A DNA stretch of 64,000 nucleotides, taken from the NCBI GenBank assembly GCA_029261795.1, contig JAJDAP010000095.1, positions 810 to 64,809 of the forward strand. The letters are read 5' to 3'. The position numbers and the translations under genes are program-made. The notes under the pieces were generated by a model. The model was not told the origin of the DNA and did not search any database. It saw nothing but the letters and a program-made list of their open reading frames with translations. Shown one piece after another: positions 1 to 12,022 of this stretch. This DNA comes from Deltaproteobacteria bacterium (GTDB taxonomy: Bacteria > Myxococcota_A > UBA9160 > UBA6930). Positions within the stretch are counted from its first letter, which is position 1; each line of letters starts with the position of its first letter.

Positions 1-137
1 ATCACATCTCCGAAACATCGTTCGCTCCGCCCCACACCCGCTCGCACCCTCGGTCACGGCCCGATCTACGGGCCAGCCGCCGGGCGCCTCAGCCCCTCTG
101 CCCGGACTATGGACAGGGCTGCCTGTGTCGCGCTTTC

Positions 138-695
138 CTAGCTGGCGACGGGTGCGAAGCAGACGACGGTGACCGCCACGGCGGCGCGGCGGGCGTCGAG
201 GTTTCGATAGGTGTGTCGCTGGTCGCCGCGGAATACGAGTGAGTCGCCGGGACCGAGGGCCCAGCGCTCGCCTGAGGCCACCAGTTCGATCCGGCCGCGC
301 TCGCAGCTCAAGTACTCGCGCGTACCCGGTGTATGCGGAATGCCGCCCATCTGGCCACCGGGCGCGAGTTCCATTCGCGAGATGTCGAGGCCCGGGATCG
401 ATTCGGGAAGGAGCGGGCGAAGCCTGGCGCCCTGGCGCTTCTTCTCCCTGATCTCGCCCGCACGAAACAGCTTTGCAGCCGTGCGGGGTGCGCCGACCAG
501 CTCCTCGATGGACACCTGGAGGGCGGCGGCTGCGCCACTGAGGACCGTCAGCGTGGGATTGGCGGAGCCGGACTCGAGACTGGCCCAGGTGGGTCGGGGG
601 ATCCCCGAGAGTTCGGCCATGCGTTGTTGCGAGAGGCCTCGTGCCTCTCGCAGGCGTCGGGCATTGGCTGCCAGGTTCGCTCGTAGATCATCCAT
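138..695 (-). CDS. XRE-family HTH transcriptional regulator fused to a cupin domain
   Basis: 185-aa ORF with ATG at 695. The N-terminus 'LREARGLSQQRMAELSGIPRPTWASLESGSANPTLTVL' is a typical HTH_3 motif. The C-terminal 'GGIPHTPGTREYLSCERGRIELV...GDSLVFRGDQRHTYRN' resembles a cupin_2 barrel. Confidence 0.8.
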   Translation of the reverse strand: MDDLRANLAANARRLREARGLSQQRMAELSGIPRPTWASLESGSANPTLTVLSGAAAALQVSIEELVGAPRTAAKLFRAGEIREKKRQGARLRPLLPESIPGLDISRMELAPGGQMGGIPHTPGTREYLSCERGRIELVASGERWALGPGDSLVFRGDQRHTYRNLDARRAAVAVTVVCFAPVAS

Positions 696-797
696 ATGGA
701 TGTTGAGATATCATCCTGACGGTAAAGCAGCAACTTGGTTGGATTCGTAGCGAGTCCGACCGACCCTGGGTGAGTGCGCCAAGGGAGAACCGAAACG

Positions 798-1220
798 ATG
801 GTCAGACTCGAACACGCAAACCTCGTGGTCCGGGACGTCGATGAGACGATCCGCTTCTTGAAGACAGCTTTCCCCGAGTTCGCCGTCCGCCGGGAGGGCA
901 ACGGTTGGAACGGCCTGCGTTGGGCCCACGTCGGAACCGACGAGACCTACATCGCAGTGAACGAAAGTTCGGAAGCCCCCGCGGAGAAGTGGGTTCCCTA
1001 CGCCGGCAAGCCGGGCCTGAACCACCTGGGATACGAGGTGGAGGACGCCGAAGGCGTGCGCCAACGGCTGGCCGCCGCGGGCTACCGGGATTCCACGGTT
1101 CCGAACAACCACCCCCACCGCAAGCGCGTCTACTTCCACGACGCCGAGGGCAACGACTGGGAGTTCGTGCAGTATTTCTCCGACGATCATGCCGAGCGGA
1201 ACGACTACGAGATCGCTTGA
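798..1220 (+). CDS. VOC (glyoxalase/bleomycin-resistance/dioxygenase) family protein
   Basis: ATG at 798 is preceded by 'aagggaga' (781-788). 'MVRLEHANLVVRDVDETIRFL...GLNHLGYEVED...VYFHDAEGNDWEF' matches the VOC beta-alpha-beta-beta-beta pattern. The track ORF starts earlier, at GTG 774. Confidence 0.75.
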   Translation: MVRLEHANLVVRDVDETIRFLKTAFPEFAVRREGNGWNGLRWAHVGTDETYIAVNESSEAPAEKWVPYAGKPGLNHLGYEVEDAEGVRQRLAAAGYRDSTVPNNHPHRKRVYFHDAEGNDWEFVQYFSDDHAERNDYEIA

Positions 1221-1241
1221 TCAAGGCGGCGAGCCGCGGCC

Positions 1242-3251
1242 TCAGTCCACGTAGCCGAGTGCCCTCAATCGTTCGAGGGTCTCGTCGGATTCCGGTGCCA
1301 GTTCTCTCTCCGGCATCGAGACGTCCGAGAGGAGTCCCGTAGCGAGGGCATCGACTCGGTCCGGCTCGCTGCCGGCGAGATCACGAAGCTCGTCCGGGTC
1401 CGCTTCGATCTCGTACAACTCGATCTCGGTCCGAACCGGGCGACTGGCCTGGATCAACTTCCAGCCGTCTCGCTCGATCAGTTGAAGGTTGCGCGCGAAG
1501 CGATCGCTGAGCTTCAGGGTGGAGCGCCAGACGCCGGCCCAGGCGCGACTCGCTTCGCGGCCCTCGGCCCACGCCAGGCCGTCGACCTCGCTGTCGAGAC
1601 CCGCATGCGCGGCGATCGTGGCGAAGACATCGACGGACTGGAAGGGCCCCGGCCATCTCGCTGGTGCGATGAGTCCGGCTTGCGAAGCCGGCGGTTTCAG
1701 GATCAGGGGAACCCAGGTCTCGTCGTCGTAAAGGGTCAGCGCGTGGCCGACTGCGCGATGTTCGCCAAGCGACTCACCGTGGTCCGAGGTGACGATCACG
1801 AGCATCTCGTCCCAGTCCGGGTGTGCGCGCAGGCGCTCGAGCAGCCTCTCGAGATGGACGTCCAGGTACGCGAGCTCGGCATCGTAGAGGGCTCGGACGT
1901 CCGCGAACTCGGCTTCGGTTGCGGGTCGTTCTCCGCGGTTCATCGCCTCTTCGAAGGACTCGAAGGTTCCGGCGCCGATCCGGTTCGGGGGCCGATCTCG
2001 GTACGAAGCCGGTGGAAGCAGCGGCGCGTGGGGATCGAAGAAATTCAGGAACAGGAAGAAGGGCGCGTCACCGGCTCGATCGACCAGCCGAATGCCGTCA
2101 TCGACGATCTTCTCCGCGCGCCGGTAGGGTGGCCCTTCCTCGAAGAACTCGACCGAACGGAACGGCCAGATCGCGTCGAGGAAGCGCACGAAAGTGTCGG
2201 GCCTGGCGTCGGTCTTCTTGCGGATGAATGCGGCGTTCAAGAGCATGCGCCGCTTTGATGTGTCGGGTCCCGAAACGTCGAGTGAATCGAAACCACGATG
2301 GAGTCCCCACTGCGGGTCGAAGGTGCCGTAGTTCGCGGCGACCCCGACGGTCCAGTAGCCGTGCTCTTGCAAGCCTTCGGCAAGCGTCGGCGTCCCGGGT
2401 TTCAACGGATAGGCGACCGGTGGAGATTCGTGCTCGACGCTCGGGTAGTTGGCGCCGTGGTTGGGCGGGTAGAGGCCGGTGAAGAGCGACGCGTGCGTCG
2501 GGAGTGAGGCCGGTGCGTTCGAGAGCGCGCGATCGACGATGATCGCCTCGTGCTCGGCGAAGGTTTCGAGCGCGGGCATGGTCGTACGCGGATAGCCATG
2601 GATACCCAGATGATCGGCACGCAACGTGTCGAGCACGATCAGCACGACCGGGCTGCGGCCGGGTTCGCCCGTTCGCTCGGGAGCTAACGATCGATCGTCG
2701 GTGTTACCCAGGGGTAGAGACAATGACAAACCAACAAGTGCCGAAACGACACCAACGCGGCGGATGATGGGGCGTGATTCGCCTGCGCGACCCACAAGCA
2801 GGAATCCGCCCGCGAGTAGGAGGGTCAGTCCGAATCGGCCCGCCTGGATGGGTTCGGTATCGAGACCCGAATACCCGTGGGCGTGGAAGCGAAACAGCTC
2901 GTGGCCCGCGATCGCCCCGGCCAGGGTGGCGAGCCATCCGCTTCGGCAGCGAGCGAGTGCGACGAGCGCGCACCAGCCGGCCGCGATCACCAGGAACCCC
3001 TGCCCGCCAGCGCGCAACGAAACGACCGCGCCGAGGAGGAGCGGGGCCGTGGCAACGAAGCTTGCGACTGCAAGCCTGGATCGCAGCGCGAAGCCCGCGA
3101 GCGCGTAGCTCCCACACCACAAGATGGCTGTCGCCACCAGGAGATCCGTCGGCGGAGCTGGTCCGTCCAGGAACAGGAATACCAGCCCGACGCCATGGCA
3201 GAGGGCCCCGTAGCCCAGCCCCTCGGCGACCATCCGGTACCGTTCCCGCAT
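1242..3251 (-). CDS. membrane-anchored sulfatase-family (alkaline-phosphatase superfamily) protein
   Basis: 669 aa. The first ~190 aa are hydrophobic and polytopic. They are followed by 'VVLIVLDTLRADHLG...SNAPASLPTHASLFTGLYP...IVTSDHGESLGEH', the sulfatase-family metal and nucleophile motifs. The signature reads S-L-P-T-H rather than C/S-x-P-x-R. Confidence 0.75.
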   Translation of the reverse strand: MRERYRMVAEGLGYGALCHGVGLVFLFLDGPAPPTDLLVATAILWCGSYALAGFALRSRLAVASFVATAPLLLGAVVSLRAGGQGFLVIAAGWCALVALARCRSGWLATLAGAIAGHELFRFHAHGYSGLDTEPIQAGRFGLTLLLAGGFLLVGRAGESRPIIRRVGVVSALVGLSLSLPLGNTDDRSLAPERTGEPGRSPVVLIVLDTLRADHLGIHGYPRTTMPALETFAEHEAIIVDRALSNAPASLPTHASLFTGLYPPNHGANYPSVEHESPPVAYPLKPGTPTLAEGLQEHGYWTVGVAANYGTFDPQWGLHRGFDSLDVSGPDTSKRRMLLNAAFIRKKTDARPDTFVRFLDAIWPFRSVEFFEEGPPYRRAEKIVDDGIRLVDRAGDAPFFLFLNFFDPHAPLLPPASYRDRPPNRIGAGTFESFEEAMNRGERPATEAEFADVRALYDAELAYLDVHLERLLERLRAHPDWDEMLVIVTSDHGESLGEHRAVGHALTLYDDETWVPLILKPPASQAGLIAPARWPGPFQSVDVFATIAAHAGLDSEVDGLAWAEGREASRAWAGVWRSTLKLSDRFARNLQLIERDGWKLIQASRPVRTEIELYEIEADPDELRDLAGSEPDRVDALATGLLSDVSMPERELAPESDETLERLRALGYVD

Positions 3252-3399
3252 TGTTCCCCCCGGGTTTCGAGCTTAGGCCAGCGTGTTCGGCGTGCACTTC
3301 GGGCCGCAGGGTCGACGCCGCCGGATCGTGAGCGATATGCTCCCGCGTCGCGACGATCGCGCCGCGCCCAACCATCTACGACGCTGAGGAAATCGAACC

Positions 3400-4473
3400 G
3401 TGAAAGCAGCCATTCTTTGGGAACTCAACAAGGATCTCGAGATCCGCGACGACGTCAGCCTGACCGACCTCCAAGCGGGTGAGGTTCACGTCAAGATCGT
3501 TTCGAGTGGCGTGTGCCACTCCGACGTCTCGGTGCAGAACGGTACGATTCCTTCGCCGCCGCCTTGTGTGCTCGGCCACGAGGGCGCCGGAATCGTCCAG
3601 GAAGTGGGCCCGGGTGTGAGCGATGTCGCGGCCGGCGACCACGTGATCCTCTCCTTCACCCCGGCGTGCAAGAACTGCGTGCCGTGTCTGCGCGGCCAGT
3701 CCTACCTGTGCGCGTCGATGGGTCCGATGTACGTCCCGCACTTCGTCGTCGACGGCAACCCGATCATGGGCATGACCGGATGCGGGACCTTCGCCGAGGA
3801 GCTGATCGTTCCGTCGTCGGCACTGGTCAAGGTGGACCACGACATCCCGCTAGACATCGCATCGCTGATCGGCTGCGGCGTGACCACCGGTGTCGGCGCC
3901 GCGATCAACACCGCGGACATTCGTCCCGGCTCCTCGGTCGTCGTCTTCGGTGCCGGTGGCGTCGGGATCGCCGCGATCCAGGGCGCGCGCATCGCCGGTG
4001 CCGCCGAGATCCTGGCCGTCGATCTGGTCGAGTCCAAGCTCGAAATGGCCAAGCGCTTCGGCGCGACGCATGCCTGCACACCCGACGCCGTCGAGCAGAT
4101 GAAAACGGAGATCACGGCAGGGGAGGGCTTCGACTATGCGCTCGAGTGCATCGGCAACCCGACCACGATCCGGGCCACCTACGATGCTGCGCGTCGGGGC
4201 GGCACCGCCGTGATCGTGGGTGTCGGGCGCATGGAGCAGATGATCGAGTTCTCGGCCTTCGAGTTCTTCTTCGCCGACAAGACGCTGCGCGGCTCCATGT
4301 ACGGCAGCTCGAACGTTCGCACCTTCATGCCGAAGCTCTGCCGTCTCTGGAAGGCCGGGAAGCTGGATCTCGAGGGCATGATCAGCCGCCGGATCCAGAT
4401 CGAGGAGGTGAACGAGGCCTTCACCGCCATGAAGAACGGTGAGGTGATTCGCTCGGTCATCGATTTCGCCTGA
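3400..4473 (+). CDS. zinc-dependent alcohol dehydrogenase (MDR family)
   Basis: 357 aa with a GTG start. Motifs 'VSSGVCHSDVSV...GHEGAGIVQEVG' (catalytic Zn), 'CKNCVPCLRGQSYLC' (structural Zn) and 'VVVFGAGGVGIAA' (Rossmann fold). Confidence 0.85.
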   Translation: MKAAILWELNKDLEIRDDVSLTDLQAGEVHVKIVSSGVCHSDVSVQNGTIPSPPPCVLGHEGAGIVQEVGPGVSDVAAGDHVILSFTPACKNCVPCLRGQSYLCASMGPMYVPHFVVDGNPIMGMTGCGTFAEELIVPSSALVKVDHDIPLDIASLIGCGVTTGVGAAINTADIRPGSSVVVFGAGGVGIAAIQGARIAGAAEILAVDLVESKLEMAKRFGATHACTPDAVEQMKTEITAGEGFDYALECIGNPTTIRATYDAARRGGTAVIVGVGRMEQMIEFSAFEFFFADKTLRGSMYGSSNVRTFMPKLCRLWKAGKLDLEGMISRRIQIEEVNEAFTAMKNGEVIRSVIDFA

Positions 4474-4581
4474 CGCATGCCCCGGCGCTCGGCTCATCGC
4501 CGGCTGCAGGATGGTCTCGATCGCTGACGTGGTACCGAATTCGCGCCGTAGGCGTATCCTCTTCACCACAGGAGGCCCCCG

Positions 4582-5823
4582 TTGACCAGCGCGAACAACG
4601 AGACCTACGTCACGATCACGGCGGACACCCATGCGGGTGCCTCGATCGACGCCTATCGCGCCTACCTCGAGCCGAAGGATCGCGCCGCCTTCGACGAATG
4701 GCGTGGCGGCTATCGCAACCCGTCGAAGAAGCATATCGGTGGCAAGAAGACCAAGAACTGGGATTCAGCCGAGCGTCGCGCGGATCTCGAGTCCGACGGT
4801 GTCGCCGGAGAAGTGATCTTCCCGAACACGGTGCCACCGTTCTATGACGGTGCATTTCATGTGGCGCCGTGCCCGGCGCCCGAGCGATACCAGCAGCAAC
4901 TCGCCGGTACGCGCGCCCACAACCGCTGGCTCGCGGAGTTCTGTGCCGAGGAGCCGCTCCGGCGCGCAGGCATCGGACTGCTGCACGTCAACGATGTCGA
5001 CGAGGCGATCGCCGACGTCGAGTGGATCGCGCGCCATGACTTGCGGGGTGGTGTTCTGCTGCCGCTCCCGGCACCGTCGGATGTACACCTGAAGCCGCTC
5101 AACCATCCGGACTACGATCGGCTCTGGGCCGCGATCCAGGACCACGCACTCGTCATCAACCAACATTCGGGGCAGGGTTCGCCCGAGTACAGTGGCGGCC
5201 AGGGTTCGAAGGCGCTCTGGGCGATGGAGATGAGCTTCTTCGTCCAGCGGGGTTACACGCACCTGATCATGGGCGGCGTTTTCGAGCGCTTCCCAAAGCT
5301 CCGCTACATCCTGACCGAATCCGGCTGTGCCTGGGCGCCGGCTGTTATGCAGCACATGGACGGGATGTACCTGGCTTGGAAGGCCGGTGCGATCGGCGAG
5401 ATCGATACCTCGAACGACGCCCCGCTGAAGGAGCTGCCCAGCTTCTATGCCAAGCGCAATTGTTGGTACGGCGCGAGCTTCCCGTCGCCGGCGGATATCC
5501 GGGGTCGCGAGGTGGTCGGGGTCGACAAGATCTTGTGGGGCAACGACTACCCGCACTACGAGGGTTGCTACCCGTACTCCCGCGAGAACATGCGCTTCGC
5601 GTTCGCTGACATCGATGAACCGGAAGTGCGCATGATGCTCGGCGAGAATGCGGCCGCGCTCTATGGCTTCGATCTCGAGGCGCTCCGACCCGTCAGCGAG
5701 CCCCTCGGAATCACCCCGGCGCTCGTTCGAGAGCCGTTGCTCGAGATCCCGGCCGACTCGACCTGCATCACCTTCCAACGGGCGCGAATGCAGCAGGCGA
5801 TGAAGGGCGGCGAAGCGCGCTGA
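4582..5823 (+). CDS. amidohydrolase-2 (ACMSD-like) family metal-dependent hydrolase
   Basis: 413 aa. TTG start 6 nt after AGGAGG (4570-4575). Motifs 'ITADTHAG', 'INQHSG' and 'ILWGNDYPHYEG' resemble the Amidohydro_2 metal ligands. Confidence 0.7.
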   Translation: MTSANNETYVTITADTHAGASIDAYRAYLEPKDRAAFDEWRGGYRNPSKKHIGGKKTKNWDSAERRADLESDGVAGEVIFPNTVPPFYDGAFHVAPCPAPERYQQQLAGTRAHNRWLAEFCAEEPLRRAGIGLLHVNDVDEAIADVEWIARHDLRGGVLLPLPAPSDVHLKPLNHPDYDRLWAAIQDHALVINQHSGQGSPEYSGGQGSKALWAMEMSFFVQRGYTHLIMGGVFERFPKLRYILTESGCAWAPAVMQHMDGMYLAWKAGAIGEIDTSNDAPLKELPSFYAKRNCWYGASFPSPADIRGREVVGVDKILWGNDYPHYEGCYPYSRENMRFAFADIDEPEVRMMLGENAAALYGFDLEALRPVSEPLGITPALVREPLLEIPADSTCITFQRARMQQAMKGGEAR

Positions 5824-5859
5824 ACAGCCCCCTGGCGGCGGCTCAGTATCGGCGCCCGG

Positions 5860-7458
5860 ATGGCCGATTCAGCCCGAATGGGATGGATTGGGCGGCGACC
5901 AGCAAGTGTGTTCTGCGCGCTGGTCCTGGGCGTCGCGAGCGGTGCCTGGGCCGGTGATGCGGCGCCGGATCCGCGCGTCCCGAGGGCGCTCTTGCGTGCT
6001 GGCCAATTGGCCGAGCTCGAGGCCTGGGTCGAAGCGTTGCATGTCGCTGCAGAGGGCAACGTGCCGGCTCGGTCCTTCGCCGCGTTCCGGAGCCTGACCT
6101 CCGACGAAACCGCGTTGCTGCGCGCCTGGGTCACTTCCGCACCGAACTCGACCATTGCCAAGCTGGCCCTCGCCGAACGAGAGCTCGCGATTGGCTGGGA
6201 ACGACTGGGGCGGGGCCCCGTCGCTCATCTGGACGCCCGCGAGCGCGGGCTCGTCGCGAAGCAGGCGCGAACCGCAGCGCGGCTGGCTGAAGCCTCGCGC
6301 ATCGAGGACCCGCGCTGGCTCGACGTCCATCGGATCCAGCTCGACGCGGCGCGGCTGCTCGGGGACCCCGAACTGGCCGAACGTGCCTGGGCCCGCGGCT
6401 TTGCCGCCGAGCCAGCGAACCACGACCTCTGGAGCGCACTCCTCGATGGGCTCTCGAGGCGCTGGGGAGGCTCCTATCGTCAGCTCGAGCAAGGCGCCGC
6501 TTCGGCCCAGGCGCATGCTGGTGAGAATCCGAGGCTTCGTTTCCTGCTGGCACGGGCGGCGGCGGATCGAGCCCGGGATCTCCACGATGCGAACGAGTTC
6601 CGCGACGCCCTGGAGCAGTGGGAGCTTGCACTCGGCCACGGCGAGCAAGCCTGGCTCCTGCGCGAACGGGCCTGGACCCAGCATCACGGCGGCCAGGCCA
6701 CTGCCGCCCTCGCCGGTCTCGATCGCGCGATCGAACTCGAGCCGTACGACGCCGACGCACACCATCGCCGCGCCCATGTCTTGATGGCCCTCGAGCGCTT
6801 CGCCGAGGCTGCGGAAGCCGCAGGCTTCGCCGCCGATCTGGCGCCCTCGCGCGATCACTTCGCCTGGGTTCAGCAATCCGCGGCGGCCAAGCATCGCGAC
6901 GCGGCGGAGTGGGCCCGCCTCGTCGAAAGCCGAAGTGTCGCCGCAGCCGCGCTCCATAGCGTGGGCTGGTGGGCCAGCAACCTGACGGCGGGTCTGCTCG
7001 CTGTCGGTCTGATCTGGGCAGTGCGAAGGCTCACTCGCATGCGGCGAATCGTGCCGGACGCGCCGAGGGCCGCGCTGTTGCTGGTCCTTCGAGCCTACGC
7101 CTGGTTCATGCTAGGTAGACACATCGTCGTGTATGCGACGATCTGGGATCACGCGAGCGTGCTCGACCAGTTCGTTGGTGCCCCTGCCGGCGCCGTCTCG
7201 GTGCTGGGCGCCGTCGCCTTTGCGCAGGGCTGGCGGCTGGGTTCGAGTGATATCTGGCGCCTCTGCGCCTGCTTCTATCCGGTCTGGGTGCTCGCTCACT
7301 GGTTCGGCATCGAAGGCGCACGGCTCTCGGAACCCGCCGTATGGTCGCTGACCCTGATCACGCTGCTCCCGCTCTTCGCCATGGTCTTTGCCTACGGCTA
7401 CCGGAGCCAGGAGATCTGGGCACGCGAACGCGTGCTGCGGCATCCGCTGCACGCGTGA
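5860..7458 (+). CDS. signal-peptide protein with DUF4034/TPR-like domain and C-terminal polytopic membrane domain
   Basis: 532 aa. Signal-like 'VFCALVLGVASGAWAG'. An Ala/Leu/Arg-rich helical repeat region has DUF4034-like 'WVTSAPNS...LALAERELAIGWERLG'. The C-terminal ~170 aa contain several hydrophobic helices. Confidence 0.6.
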   Translation: MADSARMGWIGRRPASVFCALVLGVASGAWAGDAAPDPRVPRALLRAGQLAELEAWVEALHVAAEGNVPARSFAAFRSLTSDETALLRAWVTSAPNSTIAKLALAERELAIGWERLGRGPVAHLDARERGLVAKQARTAARLAEASRIEDPRWLDVHRIQLDAARLLGDPELAERAWARGFAAEPANHDLWSALLDGLSRRWGGSYRQLEQGAASAQAHAGENPRLRFLLARAAADRARDLHDANEFRDALEQWELALGHGEQAWLLRERAWTQHHGGQATAALAGLDRAIELEPYDADAHHRRAHVLMALERFAEAAEAAGFAADLAPSRDHFAWVQQSAAAKHRDAAEWARLVESRSVAAAALHSVGWWASNLTAGLLAVGLIWAVRRLTRMRRIVPDAPRAALLLVLRAYAWFMLGRHIVVYATIWDHASVLDQFVGAPAGAVSVLGAVAFAQGWRLGSSDIWRLCACFYPVWVLAHWFGIEGARLSEPAVWSLTLITLLPLFAMVFAYGYRSQEIWARERVLRHPLHA

Positions 7459-7502
7459 ACGTGGTTTCGGCAGCAGGCGAGCGCTCGCTATTCTCCGTCG
7501 CC

Positions 7503-7940
7503 ATGAACGCCCCGCGGATTCCGATCCTGCGTCGAACGCGCACCGTCACCGAGCGAGATTGCGACGTCCTGGGCCACGTGAACAACGTTCGTTGGGTTCG
7601 CTGGCTGGTCGAACTGGCGGAGGCCCACGCGGAAGCGCTGGGTCTGCCGTTCGAGACGTGTCGCGAGAGAGGCGGGGTCTGGGTGGTTCGCCATCAGGAT
7701 CTCGCCTATCAGCGAGGTGCACTGCCGGGCGAGGAGCTTCGCGAGTCCACCTGGATCTCTGAACTCCGCGGTGCGCGCTCGACCCGCCACGCCCGCTTCG
7801 AGGGTCCGGCTGGCGACATCCGCTTCGAAGCGACCACGCTCTGGGCGTTCGTCGATGTCGCGACGATGCGGCCGAAGCGCGTCCCGCCCGAGATGCGGGC
7901 GCTTTTCGACCTGCTTCCGCCCGAGGGCATCGAAGCCTGA
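7503..7940 (+). CDS. 4HBT/YbgC-type acyl-CoA thioesterase
   Basis: ATG at 7503. 'RTVTERDCDVLGHVNNVRWVRWLVE...GGVWVVRHQDLAYQR' is the hot-dog 4HBT pattern, with D-x-x-G-H-V-N-N. The track ORF is extended 5' to 7341. Confidence 0.75.
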   Translation: MNAPRIPILRRTRTVTERDCDVLGHVNNVRWVRWLVELAEAHAEALGLPFETCRERGGVWVVRHQDLAYQRGALPGEELRESTWISELRGARSTRHARFEGPAGDIRFEATTLWAFVDVATMRPKRVPPEMRALFDLLPPEGIEA

Positions 7941-7952
7941 CTCCAGACGATG

Positions 7953-8747
7953 CTAGGCGCCTTCGAAGGCCCGCGGCAGTTTCATGTTGAGGCCGACGAG
8001 GCCCCCGTTCACGCCGTAGATCTCTCCGGTGACGTAGCTTGCGGCGGGCGACGCCAGGTAGAGGGCACATGCCGAGATGTCCTCGACCTCGCCGATCCTG
8101 GCCATCGGTGTCAATGCCACCATGTCGGCTTCGATCTCCGGCGTCAGGACGGTGCCAAGGGCCTCGGTTCGGATCGAGCCGACGGCGATGGCATTCACCC
8201 GGACCCGCGGAGCGAAATCCTGGGCCAGCTCCTTCGTCATGAAGGAGAGTGCGGCCTTCGCGGTTCCGTAGGCGACGATGCCCGGAGCGTTCTCTCGCCC
8301 GGCGACCGAGGAGATGTTCACGACGGCACCGCCACCGGCAGTCTCGACCATCTTCGGGACGGAGAGCCGGGTCAGCAGGAAGGCCGTCGTCACATTGAAG
8401 CGGAAGGCGTTCTCGAATTCGCGCTCGCTGGTTCGCAGCGCGGGCTTGGGGGGAGAGCCGCCCGCGTTGTTCACCAGCACGTCGATCCTGCCGAACTCGG
8501 TAATCGTCGCCTCGACCAGGTTCTCGAGGTCGGCGCGTTCCATCACGTCACAGCGCACCGGGAGCGCGCGCCTGCCGAGGGCGCGAACCATTCGAGCGGT
8601 CTCTTCGATCTGGTCGACCGAACGCGCGCCGACGACGACGTCAGCACCGGCTTCGGCGTAGGCGAGGGCGATGGCGCGTCCGATGCCGCGTCCAGCGCCG
8701 GTGACGATGGCAACCTGGTCGGTGAGTCTGAAGCGATCGAGGATCAT
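7953..8747 (-). CDS. short-chain dehydrogenase/reductase (SDR)
   Basis: ATG at 8747. 'VAIVTGAGRGIGRAIAL' (TGxxxGxG), 'LVNNAG' and 'YGTAKAAL' (YxxxK). The 5' part of the 338-aa track ORF overlaps the next gene and was trimmed. Confidence 0.85.
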   Translation of the reverse strand: MILDRFRLTDQVAIVTGAGRGIGRAIALAYAEAGADVVVGARSVDQIEETARMVRALGRRALPVRCDVMERADLENLVEATITEFGRIDVLVNNAGGSPPKPALRTSEREFENAFRFNVTTAFLLTRLSVPKMVETAGGGAVVNISSVAGRENAPGIVAYGTAKAALSFMTKELAQDFAPRVRVNAIAVGSIRTEALGTVLTPEIEADMVALTPMARIGEVEDISACALYLASPAASYVTGEIYGVNGGLVGLNMKLPRAFEGA

Positions 8748-8758
8748 GACGCCGCAGC

Positions 8759-9532
8759 CTAGCCCGTCTTGGGTGGGCCCGGGAAGAACGCGTTGGTGCG
8801 GGCCTGGTACTCCGCGTAGCCGGGTCGGCGCTTGCCGATCGAGCGCTCGAGCAGGGCGACGCCGGAGACGCGGAGCAGCAGCACGGTCATGACGATGGGG
8901 CCGATGCTGCTGAGCCAACTCGCGGTGCCGACGAACGCGACGAGGAATAGACCCCAGTGCGCCACGCAATCTCCGAAGTAGTTCGGATGGCGCGTGTAGC
9001 GCCAGAGTCCGTGCGCCATGACCCGGCCGGCGTTCGCCGGATCTCTCCTGAACCGTGTGAGTTGCAGATCGCCGACCGTTTCGAATAGCAGGCCGCCGGC
9101 CACCACGGCGACACCGATCCAGCCGATCAGGCCCAGCTCACCACCGATCGCGATACCTATCTGGGTCGGCAACGAGACCGTCCATTGCAACACGCCCTGC
9201 AGCGCGAAGACCGTCACGGCGCTGATCCACGGGAAACGCGGTCCCCAGTTGCGGCGCATGGCCTGGTAGCGGGGGTCTTCGCCGTGCCCCGCGTTGCGAG
9301 CCAGCAGGTAGATGCCCAGACGCAACCCCCAGAGCGCCGTCAAGGCAACGAGCGCCGCGGTGCGTGAGCCCTCCGTTGCGGCAGTCTGCGCCGCGACCGC
9401 GGCGACCACCACGAAACCGGGCCCCCACCAGATGTCGACGATGCTGGCATCGCGCAATGCCAGGGAAAGCAGCCATAGCGCGGTCATGGCGAATAGCGTT
9501 GCGAGCGCCGTCGCGACCAGGACTTCGCTCAT
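8759..9532 (-). CDS. DUF1295 / steroid-5-alpha-reductase-like integral membrane protein
   Basis: ATG at 9532. Polytopic, with C-terminal 'GLWRYTRHPNYFGDCVAHWGLFLVA', characteristic of DUF1295/ICMT-like proteins. Confidence 0.7.
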   Translation of the reverse strand: MSEVLVATALATLFAMTALWLLSLALRDASIVDIWWGPGFVVVAAVAAQTAATEGSRTAALVALTALWGLRLGIYLLARNAGHGEDPRYQAMRRNWGPRFPWISAVTVFALQGVLQWTVSLPTQIGIAIGGELGLIGWIGVAVVAGGLLFETVGDLQLTRFRRDPANAGRVMAHGLWRYTRHPNYFGDCVAHWGLFLVAFVGTASWLSSIGPIVMTVLLLRVSGVALLERSIGKRRPGYAEYQARTNAFFPGPPKTG

Positions 9533-9560
9533 CCGGTGCCCAGGTGGTCGATCCGCCCCG

Positions 9561-12022
<2,462 letters not shown>

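Noticed and set aside
5869-6957. 362-aa minus-strand ORF, plus other long antisense ORFs (10901-11947, 26795-28249, 47109-48263, 51942-53291, 33324-34637)
   Set aside because: Each is antisense to a gene with clear family motifs. None shows a recognisable domain.
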